From Candidatus Spechtbacteria bacterium RIFCSPLOWO2_12_FULL_38_22 (GTDB lineage Bacteria; Patescibacteriota; Minisyncoccia; Spechtbacterales; 2-12-FULL-38-22), in assembly GCA_001820055.1 (NCBI GenBank), contig MHOK01000005.1, positions 7,371-71,370 of the forward strand: a DNA stretch of 64,000 nucleotides, read 5' to 3'. A model generated the notes under the pieces. It was not told the DNA's origin and searched no databases. It saw only the letters and a list, made by a program, of their open reading frames with translations. Both the position numbers and the translations under genes were made by a program. Shown here piece after piece: positions 54,041-63,780 of the stretch; positions within the stretch are counted from its first letter, which is position 1; each line of letters opens with the position of its first letter.

Positions 54041-55396
54041 ATGAATGAGTATGATTTGTGGCAAGTCGTTTTAACTGAAATAGAACCTCAAATATCAAAA
54101 GCTAATTTTGTTACTTGGTTTAAAAACACTTATATATCTTCCAAAAAAGATGGGGTTGTTTCTGTTGCAGTACCTAATGCGTTCAGCAGAGAATGGTTAG
54201 AAAATAAATATACCAAACCAATAATGAGATCGTTGAGAAACACATCAAGAGACATTAGAGAGATTCGCTATATAATAGAAAACAAAAAACCTACGATTAT
54301 TACGGCCCAAAATCAAACAGTAGAAAAAAGGGACATTGAGGAAACACAGTTACAGTTTGAAGAGTTACAAATAGATAGTGTAACCAATCTTAACCCAAAA
54401 TACTCCTTTGACAACTTCGTTGTAGGCTCCTCCAACGAGTTGGCGCATGCCGCAGCCATCTCAATAACAAAAAAACCCGGAGCATTGTATAACCCACTAT
54501 TCATATACGGGGGGGTGGGACTAGGAAAAACACACCTGCTTCAAGCGATAGGAAATACTTTTGCCCAAACCAGAAAAAAAGTTCTTTACATAACGTCCGA
54601 ACGCTTTACAAGCGAGTTTATAACCTCTATATCCAACCAAACAATAGATAGTTTTAAAAATAAATATAGAAACAAGGATGTTTTAATAATAGACGATATA
54701 CAGTTTATAGCTGGCAAAGAGCAGACCCAAGAAGAGTTCTTCCACACATTCAACACCCTACATGAAACAAACAAACAAATAATTCTTAGCTCCGACAGAA
54801 CCCCACGGTCCATACCAACCCTAGAAGAAAGGTTGCGATCCAGGTTCGAGGGTGGGATGTTGGTAGACATAGGATACCCAAACTATGAGATGCGGGTAGC
54901 TATTTTAAAAACGAAGGTTAAAAGTAAAAATATCTTTTTATCCGAGGAGGTTATTAACTACATAGCAAACAATATACAAAAAAACGTACGAGAATTGGAG
55001 GGTGCCCTTAATTTGGTCATCGCCTCCTCAAAACTCAACAACAACGAGACGAACCTAGAACAGGCTAAAAAAATACTATCTCACATAACCAGCAAACCAA
55101 ACAAGCCGATTAGTTACAAAAAAATATTTAAGACAGTTTCTGATTTCTATGAGATAGAGGAAAAGTCTCTTTTGGGCAAAAATAGAAAAAGAGAAATTGT
55201 TTTACCCAGACAAATTGCTATGTTTTTAATGCGGTCTGAACTAAAAGCCTCTTACCCGTTTATAGGAGAAAGGTTTGGTGGCAAAGACCACACAACAGTC
55301 ATGTATGCTTGTGCAAAAATAGAAAAAGAAGTAAACACTAATCACAATTTAGAACAAGAAATAGGACTGATAAAACAACAAATATATAGTGACTAA
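54041..55396 (+). CDS. dnaA: Chromosomal replication initiator DnaA
   Basis: YNPLFIYGGVGLGKTHL, IDDIQF, QEEFFHTFN, RELEGAL, KDHTTV; start placed at ATG 54041. Confidence 0.98.
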   Translation: MNEYDLWQVVLTEIEPQISKANFVTWFKNTYISSKKDGVVSVAVPNAFSREWLENKYTKPIMRSLRNTSRDIREIRYIIENKKPTIITAQNQTVEKRDIEETQLQFEELQIDSVTNLNPKYSFDNFVVGSSNELAHAAAISITKKPGALYNPLFIYGGVGLGKTHLLQAIGNTFAQTRKKVLYITSERFTSEFITSISNQTIDSFKNKYRNKDVLIIDDIQFIAGKEQTQEEFFHTFNTLHETNKQIILSSDRTPRSIPTLEERLRSRFEGGMLVDIGYPNYEMRVAILKTKVKSKNIFLSEEVINYIANNIQKNVRELEGALNLVIASSKLNNNETNLEQAKKILSHITSKPNKPISYKKIFKTVSDFYEIEEKSLLGKNRKREIVLPRQIAMFLMRSELKASYPFIGERFGGKDHTTVMYACAKIEKEVNTNHNLEQEIGLIKQQIYSD

Positions 55397-55623
55397 TATA
55401 TCAATTTTGTGGAAAAGTTGTTGAAAAGTGTGTATATATCCCTTAGGATATCTATGTTGAAAAAACTCTAATCGTTTTCTAAAAAATAATTAACCCGCTT
55501 CTTTCCAACAAAAATCCACAACGTTATACAAACTAGTTTGCACAGGTTTTTCCATCTAACAAATACTGATCACAAAGCCAAAAAATAGTTTTTGAACAAA
55601 TTTATAACTATACTATAACAACT
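55397..55623. other. Probable oriC segment (dnaA-dnaN spacer) with DnaA-box-like 9-mers
   Basis: TGTGGAAAA 55408, TGTTGAAAA 55419 and 55455, AAATCCACA 55512, TTATACAAA 55524; AT-rich. Confidence 0.7.
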
Positions 55624-56736
55624 ATGAAACTGTATATAAAAAAAGAGTTATTTCTGAAAGCAATAAGCGCAACCGAAAAAAATACCGGAAAAAATTTTAC
55701 ATTACCTATATTAAACAATGTTTTAATAAAAACTGTTGAAAACATATTGCAATTAACCTCTACAGATTTGGAATTAGCAACAATTGCTGAGGTGCCTGCA
55801 AAAATAGAAGAAGAAGGAAGTATCGCGATGAACCCAAAAACCTTAAGCGGTTTTTTAGTCAATTCCCCAGAGGGAGAAGTTTTATTAAAAACAAAAAAAG
55901 ACATCTTACTTGTAGAGCATAGAAATTATAAAACAAACATTAAAGGTTTTTTAGATAAAGATTTTCCATTATTACCAAAAACAGATAAAAAGAAGTTTTT
56001 TACAATTCCGTCTACCATTATCACCAGTGCTTTGTCCCAAGTAATAAATTCTGTCTCTATCAGTGATTTGAAGCTGGAACTCACAGGAGTGTTTTTTAAG
56101 ATTACAAAAAATAATATTAAACTGGTGTCCACGGATTCTTTTAGATTATCTGAAAAAACACTTTCTAGAGATAAATCAGAAAATGTTAACGAGGAAAGTT
56201 TTATATTGCCGACGAAAGCGGCGAACGAGATTATAAGAAATTATCAAGACCTCAACGATATTTTGTTTTTTTATATAGACAAAAACCAAGTTACTATACA
56301 AAATGAGGAAAACAAAAAGGTAAATTTAAAAATTATATCCAAAATTATTGAGGGCGAGTATCCAGAATATTCCCAAATAATACCCAAAGAATTTACAACA
56401 AAAGTAATTATTTCTAAAAAGGAGTTTGCGCAACAAATAAAAAGCGCGGGCTTATTTGCAAGCAGAATAAACGACATTACTCTCAGGGTTGAAAAAGATA
56501 AATTGACAATACATTCGCAAAATAATGATGTAGGAGAGTTCAGTTCTTATATTGAGGCCCATGTGGAGGGGGAAGAACAGGAAATGAGATTTAATTATAA
56601 CTACCTTTTATCTGGGTTGAATAATATAGAAGGAGATGAAGTTGTGTTTAAGATAAATAGGTCTGACGGCCCAACTCTTGTGGAATCTGTTAAAAACAAA
56701 GATTACTTCTATATTCTGATGCCAATTAGAAAATAA
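55624..56736 (+). CDS. dnaN: DNA polymerase III beta sliding clamp
   Basis: LPIL.NVL, STDLE, STDSFRL, G.YP.Y..IIP, YILMPIR. Confidence 0.97.
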   Translation: MKLYIKKELFLKAISATEKNTGKNFTLPILNNVLIKTVENILQLTSTDLELATIAEVPAKIEEEGSIAMNPKTLSGFLVNSPEGEVLLKTKKDILLVEHRNYKTNIKGFLDKDFPLLPKTDKKKFFTIPSTIITSALSQVINSVSISDLKLELTGVFFKITKNNIKLVSTDSFRLSEKTLSRDKSENVNEESFILPTKAANEIIRNYQDLNDILFFYIDKNQVTIQNEENKKVNLKIISKIIEGEYPEYSQIIPKEFTTKVIISKKEFAQQIKSAGLFASRINDITLRVEKDKLTIHSQNNDVGEFSSYIEAHVEGEEQEMRFNYNYLLSGLNNIEGDEVVFKINRSDGPTLVESVKNKDYFYILMPIRK

Positions 56737-56774
56737 ATTTAATAAACCCCCGATGCGTCGGGGGTTTATTAAAT
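56737..56774. terminator. Bidirectional intrinsic terminator
   Basis: ATTTAATAAACCCCCGA-TGCG-TCGGGGGTTTATTAAAT between convergent genes. Confidence 0.8.
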
Positions 56775-59060
56775 GTCGGATTGAGCAGGAACATTTCCAA
56801 CCCAATTTTGTATGGCTGCTTCCCAGTTTTTATACTGGGGATCATCTTGCGAGGTGTCAGAAGACAGAGGATTTTTCTTTGATATGTAGTGAAGTATGGT
56901 GTGGGGTATTGTAATAATTCCGTCTAACATATTTTTTCCCATTGTTTCAATTTTAGGGTCTATAAATTTTTTTTCATTTTCTATAGAAGTTAGTTTGAAG
57001 TAAAACTCTTTTTCTTTTAAGTCTGCTTCCTCTGCGATTTTTTTTGCGTATGCTTCTTTAAAAAACCGATTCCAAATAGGAACAGCGGCGGATACACCGG
57101 GTGCATTGATCATTGCTTCGTTATTATTGTTTCCTACCCAAATGCCCGCGGCTAAACTTGGTGTATATCCGACCACCCAAGCGTCTCTAAATTCTTGTGT
57201 AGTCCCTGTTTTTGCAGCTATATCTAGCCCGTCTATTGTTAGGTTACTTACCCGCCCAAAGACCCTAGAGCGGAACTCGTCTGTGCTTAGAATATAATTT
57301 ATCTGATCTGCCACGTTTTCTTCTAAAACTTTTTCTGACTCTTGGCGCAGTTCCTCTAAAATATTTCCTTCCTTGTCTTCAATTTTTAGTATAAATTTGG
57401 TTTTATTTCTTGTTCCTCTGTTTGCGAAAGTGCTGAACGCCGAAGTCTGTTCTAGAAGCGTTACATCAGCGCCACCTAATACTAATGAGAGGCCGTACCC
57501 AGAGCGGTCTTTTAAAGATTCAACTCCTAATTTTTTTGCTAAATCTATTGTGTTTTCAATTCCCGCAAGATATAGAGTTTTAACCGAACTTATGTTGCGA
57601 GATTCTGCCAAAGACTCTTTCATAGATATAGCTCCAAACTGGAGCGAGTCATAGTTATTCGGATGGTAACAATCAAGTCCGTACTGGTCTTTGTCTTGCG
57701 TTGCGGACCAATGGCAATCTGGGTTGAATTCGGTTTTTATATCGTATAGTATTGTATCTGGTGTGAAGCCCTTCTGGAATGCGGCAGCGTACGCGAAGGG
57801 TTTGAAAGCAGATCCCGGTTGTTGTAGAGAGGTTGCTATGTTCACTTGAGGGTCAAATAGACAAGTTTTTCCAGGAACACATCCTTGAGGATAAGAATCG
57901 CCTAAGTAGTTTTTAGACCCGACCATAGCAAGAATTTGTCCGGTATTTGGGTCTATAGCAACTAGGGACGCATTGTGCGCATTAAAATTTGTTTGATTAA
58001 ACTCCGCTCGTTCTTCTACTGCTGTTTCTGCTATATTCTGAAGTGTTTTATCTAGTGTTGTTAAAACCCTAAGTCCTGCTTGTTGAACAAAACTAACCCC
58101 ATATTTTTCTTCTAGATACTGTTTTACCATTATTACAAAATGAGGAGATCGAATAGAACCAGGCCTTTGTTTGAGTGTTGTGTCTTGCGACCGGGCTTCG
58201 CTATGTTGTTTTTCGGTTATGTAACCAAAATGAAGCATTCTATCCAACACGTATTTCTGGCGAGCTTCTAGGGCGTCTGGATTGTTGGTGTAATATGTCG
58301 GGGCTTGGGGGAGTGCGGCAAGCAGTGCAGATTCTGCCAGAGTCAGATTTTTTGCGCGTTTGCTAAAATAAATTTGCGCCGCCGCTTCTGTTCCGTATGC
58401 GTTAGATCCGTATGGCACATAGTTTAGATATCCGGTTAGGATTTCTTCTTTCGTGTATAGTACCTCCATTTCTATAGCAAGTATGGCTTCTTTAATTTTT
58501 CTAACGAAAGTTCTTTCGGGGGTTAGGAGGAGGTTTTTAATGTATTGTTGTGTAATGGTTGAACCACCCTGTCGTATACTGCCTCCTTTTATATTTACCC
58601 AAACAGCCCGCAGTATCGCCTTGATATCTATGCCCCAATGATGATAAAAGTCATCATCCTCGGCAACTATAGTCGCCCAGCGCATGTAGTCCGGCATATC
58701 TTGCGCGCTGATGACAGTTCTATTATATTCGTCGTAAATATCATAGAGAATAGAAGTACCGGTTCGGTCCAATATTTTTGTGCTTTCTGGAACAAACAAG
58801 TCATTAATTGCATCGCGTCTAGGCAAATCTTTGGCAAAGTAAATAAAAAGAAACGCGACAAAAACAAAGCCGGAAAACGAGGCGTAGCCGACCACTTTTA
58901 AAGTCTGTTTTTTGTTTTGGGATATATAGGAAAAGAGTTTTTTTGCAGAGCGTTTAAGTTTTGTCAGTAAAAATAGGGCTACGTAACCCAATATCTTAAA
59001 CATTTTCCATATGTATATGAGGACTTTTTTTAGGTAGTATTTTGCAGTATGATTTATCAT
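56769..59060 (-). CDS. Class A penicillin-binding protein (PBP1A family)
   Basis: EDDDFY.H, QGGSTITQQ, RKIKE; S.FK, SRN, KTGT. Confidence 0.95.
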   Translation of the reverse strand: MINHTAKYYLKKVLIYIWKMFKILGYVALFLLTKLKRSAKKLFSYISQNKKQTLKVVGYASFSGFVFVAFLFIYFAKDLPRRDAINDLFVPESTKILDRTGTSILYDIYDEYNRTVISAQDMPDYMRWATIVAEDDDFYHHWGIDIKAILRAVWVNIKGGSIRQGGSTITQQYIKNLLLTPERTFVRKIKEAILAIEMEVLYTKEEILTGYLNYVPYGSNAYGTEAAAQIYFSKRAKNLTLAESALLAALPQAPTYYTNNPDALEARQKYVLDRMLHFGYITEKQHSEARSQDTTLKQRPGSIRSPHFVIMVKQYLEEKYGVSFVQQAGLRVLTTLDKTLQNIAETAVEERAEFNQTNFNAHNASLVAIDPNTGQILAMVGSKNYLGDSYPQGCVPGKTCLFDPQVNIATSLQQPGSAFKPFAYAAAFQKGFTPDTILYDIKTEFNPDCHWSATQDKDQYGLDCYHPNNYDSLQFGAISMKESLAESRNISSVKTLYLAGIENTIDLAKKLGVESLKDRSGYGLSLVLGGADVTLLEQTSAFSTFANRGTRNKTKFILKIEDKEGNILEELRQESEKVLEENVADQINYILSTDEFRSRVFGRVSNLTIDGLDIAAKTGTTQEFRDAWVVGYTPSLAAGIWVGNNNNEAMINAPGVSAAVPIWNRFFKEAYAKKIAEEADLKEKEFYFKLTSIENEKKFIDPKIETMGKNMLDGIITIPHTILHYISKKNPLSSDTSQDDPQYKNWEAAIQNWVGNVPAQSDI

Positions 59061-59098
59061 AAACTATAGTATACTACTATTATATCAATGAATTTTCA

Positions 59099-60292
59099 AT
59101 GCGTATGGATATTAATTTTACACAAAGAGACATTTTAGAAAGGGGGGTGGAAGAAATTATAGAGATTACAAGCTTAAGAAAAAAGTTAAAATCTGGCAGG
59201 AAATTGCGGGTTAAATTAGGCATAGATCCAAATGCGCCGGACATACACTTGGGTCACACGGCGCCTCTTTGGAAGCTTCGACAGTTCCAAGAATTAGGAC
59301 ACAAAGCAGTGCTTATAATAGGAGATTATACAGCTTCTATAGGAGATCCTTCGGGGAAAGACGAAACACGTCCTAGTTTAACAGAGGCGCAGATTAAAGG
59401 AAACTACAAAACTTATGAAAAACAAGCGTTAAAAATTTTAGACAACAAAACTCTGGAGGTTAGGTATCAAACAGAATGGTATAAAAATTTTAATCTGAAA
59501 GATGTATTAAATTTGTTAAGGAAAGCTTCAGTTGGACGGCTTTTGCAACACGAAACATTTCGCGAACGACTTAAAAAAAAACAACAGTTCGCTGTGCATG
59601 AGATTATATACCCGTTTTTACAGGGATATGATTCTGTTGCCGTAAAAGCAGATGTTGAACTAGGTGCCACGGAACAAAAGTTTAATTTGTTGATGGGAAG
59701 GGAACTGCAAAAAGCATATGGACAGGAACAGCAGGATATTATTACGAATCCGTATTTGTTGGGTACGGACGGGAAAGAAAAAATGAGCAAATCGTTGGGT
59801 AATTATATAGCTATACAAGACAAGCCCACGGAAATGTTCGGCAAGGTTATGAGTATACGAGATAGTGAAATTGTGCAGTATTTTGAACTTGTCACACCCG
59901 TACCGTTTAAAAAAGTGCAAGAAATAAAAAAATTAAAAATAACCGGAAAAACCGCACGGGACTTAAAAGTACAACTTGCCGGAGTTATAACGGAGTTATA
60001 TTGGGGCAAGGAAGAGGCAGAGAAAGCGCAGGAAAGATTTGAAACACAATTCCAAAAAAGGGGAGTGTCAAAAGGACTAAGCGTGGTGCGTGTTTCTGGG
60101 TCTGATAGCACAATCATCACAATACTAGTTGATGCTGGATTTGTGTCTTCTAAAAACGAGGCTAGAAGGTTAGTAGAACAAGGGGCTGTATATTTTGATA
60201 ATGAGAGAATGGCAGAGTATAACGATCCTATTCCTAAACGCTCTTTTATACTTAAGGCAGGAAGAAAGATGGCAAAAATAGTGCCAAAATAA
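59099..60292 (+). CDS. tyrS: Tyrosine--tRNA ligase
   Basis: G.DP..PD.HLGH, YP.LQGYDS, KMSKS, S4 domain. Confidence 0.97.
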   Translation: MRMDINFTQRDILERGVEEIIEITSLRKKLKSGRKLRVKLGIDPNAPDIHLGHTAPLWKLRQFQELGHKAVLIIGDYTASIGDPSGKDETRPSLTEAQIKGNYKTYEKQALKILDNKTLEVRYQTEWYKNFNLKDVLNLLRKASVGRLLQHETFRERLKKKQQFAVHEIIYPFLQGYDSVAVKADVELGATEQKFNLLMGRELQKAYGQEQQDIITNPYLLGTDGKEKMSKSLGNYIAIQDKPTEMFGKVMSIRDSEIVQYFELVTPVPFKKVQEIKKLKITGKTARDLKVQLAGVITELYWGKEEAEKAQERFETQFQKRGVSKGLSVVRVSGSDSTIITILVDAGFVSSKNEARRLVEQGAVYFDNERMAEYNDPIPKRSFILKAGRKMAKIVPK

Positions 60293-60316
60293 AAAAGAGG
60301 TGTACACCTCTTTTTT
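60291..60316. terminator. Palindromic hairpin, likely bidirectional terminator
   Basis: AAAAAAGAGGTGTACACCTCTTTTTT. Confidence 0.7.
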
Positions 60317-61751
60317 ATTTTGGCTTAGTGTTAGAATAAGTTTTGGTAATTTCGGCACTTTTTTTTGTTAATCCCGCACTTCTAGTTTTTTTACTTTTTT
60401 GAATTTTGTATTCGTATACCAAGCCGTCTATATTGTTAATAAAGTAACCTTTTTTCTTACCCTTTTTAGTAAACCCAGCTTTTTTGAAGGACAGCTGTCT
60501 TTTTTTATTGTTAGCTGGAACGATAACATTGATTTTTTTGTTTTTCGCAGTTTTGGATATCTCTATTAATTGTCGTATCATCCTTCTTCCCATTCTTTGT
60601 CCGCGGAAGTCCTTGAGTATACCCATGCGTGTTATTCTGCGCATTTTGCCACTTAAATAGTGGGTCATAAAAGCTATGGGCTCTTGATTTTTGTAAATTA
60701 CAATAAGATCTCGTTGCAAAACTGTGTCTAGAAAATCTTTTTTTGTAAACGGCTTTTCAGTTTGTTCTGGATTGTCTTTTTCTATCTTGTATAAAGTATC
60801 AAATATTTTCTTTTTAGTTTTTGTGTCAAATTCTGTTTCTATGCTCCACAAATATTTTTCTTCTATGTAGGATATTAACTTTTCTGCCACGTTAATTTTG
60901 GTTGCGGATTCAAAGCCCTCAAATCCGGGGAAGATATTTACCTCTAAAATATAGTGTTTATTTTTATATTTAATGATATCTACTCCCGCAAACTCTGCGT
61001 TAAATATTTTTGCCGCTTTTAGCGCTAGGCGTTGCATTTCAGGCGTTACTTCGGCTTCTTCCGCCGCACCTCCTAAAGACACGTTGGCCCTGAATTCCCC
61101 TTCTTTGGCTGTTCTTTTCATAGCGCCTATTACTTTACCCCCTATCACTATGACCCTGTAGTCATGTTTGGTCGGTATGTATTTTTGTATCAACACCTTG
61201 CCCGGACCAGAGACCCCCACTAGGTTCTCTATTTGTTCCGTCTTTTCTATAAGAAACACTTGAGCACCCCTTGAACCTTCAACATTTTTTGCTATGTATG
61301 GTTTTTTAAATTTTTTATAAACAGTATCCGGTGTGTGCTTTCCTGTATATAGAAGGGACGTTACAATAGGAAGCCCATTTTTAGCTAGCAAGTAATGTTG
61401 TAGTAGTTTATCGTAGAAGGGTATTTTTATTATGGTTTTTTCGTTCAGTACGTGTTTATAGTGTTCGTTTATATATCGAACCAGAAGTAAATAGTGTCGA
61501 TATAAATGACTTACATATGTTGTTTCTTCTTTTCCTTTAAATAGTGGATTTCTTGGGATTATGTAATCGTAGTATTTTAGATCGGTTCCGTTTGGTCTTT
61601 TTATAACCACGCCTTTTTTAGAAAATTGGAAAACAAGTCCACCCCAAAACATGTAGTTTACCGTGTGACCTCTTTTTTTAAGTTCTTGTACCAACCTTCT
61701 TGATACGTACGGTAGTTTTTTAGCGCTAAATCCCAGTAGTAATATTCTCAT
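60315..61751 (-). CDS. RimK-family ATP-grasp ligase fused to a C-terminal GNAT domain
   Basis: GSRG..V, QKYI, DYRV.V.G, FRANVSLGG, GVDI, EVN..PGF.G; then FRGQRMGRR, N......F.K.GF. Confidence 0.88.
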   Translation of the reverse strand: MRILLLGFSAKKLPYVSRRLVQELKKRGHTVNYMFWGGLVFQFSKKGVVIKRPNGTDLKYYDYIIPRNPLFKGKEETTYVSHLYRHYLLLVRYINEHYKHVLNEKTIIKIPFYDKLLQHYLLAKNGLPIVTSLLYTGKHTPDTVYKKFKKPYIAKNVEGSRGAQVFLIEKTEQIENLVGVSGPGKVLIQKYIPTKHDYRVIVIGGKVIGAMKRTAKEGEFRANVSLGGAAEEAEVTPEMQRLALKAAKIFNAEFAGVDIIKYKNKHYILEVNIFPGFEGFESATKINVAEKLISYIEEKYLWSIETEFDTKTKKKIFDTLYKIEKDNPEQTEKPFTKKDFLDTVLQRDLIVIYKNQEPIAFMTHYLSGKMRRITRMGILKDFRGQRMGRRMIRQLIEISKTAKNKKINVIVPANNKKRQLSFKKAGFTKKGKKKGYFINNIDGLVYEYKIQKSKKTRSAGLTKKSAEITKTYSNTKPK

Positions 61752-62349
61752 ATTTTTTAATTACCCTACTTAATGCTAAAATGAGGTTCGCAAAATGTTT
61801 TTCGTTTTGTCTAACTTCCTCATTAAGTTCTAGTTGGACTGCGGGTATGTCTAGATTTCTTCTAACGTGATAGGTCAGTGTTTTACTACCAGGTCCTTTG
61901 ACTGACCTGAAAAATCCTTTACTCACGTCCTCTTTTAAGAAAAAAGACTCAAAGCTTTTTAATAGTAGTTCTTCGAGGGCCTGGTCATGTTTATGTGTTT
62001 GAGGGAATATAAAATCATAGTCAATTAAAAAAGGTCTTGAATGTTTTGATCCATGAACATCGAGCACTAAAGATATATTATTCTCTTTTACTATTTCTCT
62101 AACAAATTTTTTGTATACCCTATAAACTTTTTTGTCCCAGTTTTCTAAAATACTTTCGCCGGTTTCTAATTGGGTGAATATGCCCCATACTCCGATTTCG
62201 TCGCATAATACCTCTACAATCTCTGACACCCTTTTTTCGAATTTTGTGTAAGGACCCTCCTTATCTTCTTTTAATAACGGAACAGCGTGAGGCGCGGAGA
62301 TTAGTACAGGAAACTTGCCTTCTATGATTTTTATATTTGGGTGTTCCAT
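61726..62349 (-). CDS. Zn-dependent amidohydrolase (N-formylglutamate amidohydrolase / poly-glutamate hydrolase-like)
   Basis: LISAPH, E, LDVHG, AVQLEL..R. Confidence 0.65.
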   Translation of the reverse strand: MEHPNIKIIEGKFPVLISAPHAVPLLKEDKEGPYTKFEKRVSEIVEVLCDEIGVWGIFTQLETGESILENWDKKVYRVYKKFVREIVKENNISLVLDVHGSKHSRPFLIDYDFIFPQTHKHDQALEELLLKSFESFFLKEDVSKGFFRSVKGPGSKTLTYHVRRNLDIPAVQLELNEEVRQNEKHFANLILALSRVIKKYENITTGI

Positions 62350-62350
62350 A

Positions 62351-62851
62351 TTATGTTCTTTCTAGGTAATTCAACGAACTGGCACAACACATAGCAACCG
62401 CCAACGCGTCAGCCGCATCATCTGGGTGTGGCACTTCGTTTAGTTTTAATAAATTTTTAACCATACTCTGTACTTGTTTTTTGTCTGCTTGGCCATATCC
62501 GGTTACAGCTTGTTTTACTTGTAGTGGGGTAAATGAATAACATTGTTTATGGTTATCTGCGGCAAGAAGCAACACGATACCCCTGGCTTGGCTGACAGTT
62601 ATGAGCGTTTTTTGATTTTTAAAATAAAAAATATCCTCGACAGCAATAACGTGAGGATTGTATTGTTTTACCATACTTTGCAGTGTTTTGTAAATATCCC
62701 CTAGTCGTAGATGTTCGGGAGTATTCATATCTGTTTCTATTATACCATGTGCTATATGGTTTATGTTAGAATCCTCGAGGCTTATAAGCCCGTATCCCAT
62801 ACGCGCGATTCCAGGGTCAATACCAAGTATAATTTTTTTCGCTTCGCTCAT
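62351..62851 (-). CDS. ruvC: Holliday junction resolvase RuvC
   Basis: LGIDPG, VED..F.KN, QARG, TP.QVK..VTGYG.A.K.QV, DDAADALA. Confidence 0.97.
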   Translation of the reverse strand: MSEAKKIILGIDPGIARMGYGLISLEDSNINHIAHGIIETDMNTPEHLRLGDIYKTLQSMVKQYNPHVIAVEDIFYFKNQKTLITVSQARGIVLLLAADNHKQCYSFTPLQVKQAVTGYGQADKKQVQSMVKNLLKLNEVPHPDDAADALAVAMCCASSLNYLERT

Positions 62852-62856
62852 AAGAT

Positions 62857-62938
62857 TATAGGTATTAGGTGATAGGTATTAGGTCGCTACGCTCTTGGGT
62901 TTAAAACTTACCAGCCCAAAACCTATAACCGATAACCT
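62857..62938. repeat. Opposed heptamer arrays (ATTAGGT/GATAGGT then ATAACCT) with internal TCGCTACGCTC
   Basis: Fills the yebC-ruvC spacer. Confidence 0.8.
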
Positions 62939-63659
62939 ACTTTGTGTTTGAATAAATTGCTTGTACATCGTCGTTTTCATCAAGTGCCTCAAATAATGCC
63001 TCTAGTTTTTTTTGGTCTCCTTGTGAGATTTCTATTTCATCTTTTGCAACCCACTCTAGACCACTATCTACATTTTGAAAACCTTCCTTTTCAAGTATAG
63101 ATTGCATTGCTTGCAAGTTGTTTATATTTGTATAAATAATCACGCATCCCTCTTCTTCTTTCATGTCTTGCGCTCCTGCGTCTATCGCACGCAGTTCAAA
63201 TTCTTCTATATTTTTTACATTATCCTTGGGTATTTTTAGTACACCTACATATTGGAACATCCAGCGAACACCACCCTCTCCAACTGGTTTTCCGTTATTT
63301 TTGTTTAATATTTGTTTGACTTCAGACGCAGTTCGATTTCGGTTGTCAGTAATTGTTTGTATAAGTAATGCCGAATTCCCAGGCCCGTATGCTTCCATAA
63401 GCAGTTCTTCTAGTTGTGTGCCGCTTTTATCTTCTCCCGTACCCTTTTTTATGGCGGCTTCAATTTTATCTTTGGGCATGTTTAGCTCTTTTGCTTTTTC
63501 AACTTCCGTACGGAGCGTATAATTTGCTCCTAGGTCTCCGCCCCCATGCGTGGCGGCCACTGTTATTATCTTTGCAAGTTTACCAAAAACATCAGCACGT
63601 TTTTGGTCCATCGCAGTTTTTTTGTTTTTTATATTAGCCCATTTACTGTGACCAGACAT
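62937..63659 (-). CDS. yebC: YebC/PmpR family protein
   Basis: MSGHSKWANIK, E.YGPG, TDN.NRT, DDVQ.IYSN. Confidence 0.96.
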   Translation of the reverse strand: MSGHSKWANIKNKKTAMDQKRADVFGKLAKIITVAATHGGGDLGANYTLRTEVEKAKELNMPKDKIEAAIKKGTGEDKSGTQLEELLMEAYGPGNSALLIQTITDNRNRTASEVKQILNKNNGKPVGEGGVRWMFQYVGVLKIPKDNVKNIEEFELRAIDAGAQDMKEEEGCVIIYTNINNLQAMQSILEKEGFQNVDSGLEWVAKDEIEISQGDQKKLEALFEALDENDDVQAIYSNTK

Positions 63660-63689
63660 AATTTTGTTCAGCTTCGCCTCACAAAATCG

Positions 63690-63768
63690 TAAAACTTGAA
63701 ACTTGAAACCTATAACCTTAAGTCCTAAATGTTTGATGAATGTTTCATGTTCTATGTTTCAAGTTTTA
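63690..63768. repeat. Opposed heptamer arrays (TGAAACT-type then TGTTTCA-type)
   Basis: TAAAACT TGAAACT TGAAACC TATAACC ... TGTTTCA TGTTCTA TGTTTCA AGTTTTA. Confidence 0.8.
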
Positions 63769-63780
63769 AGAAGTGGATCG

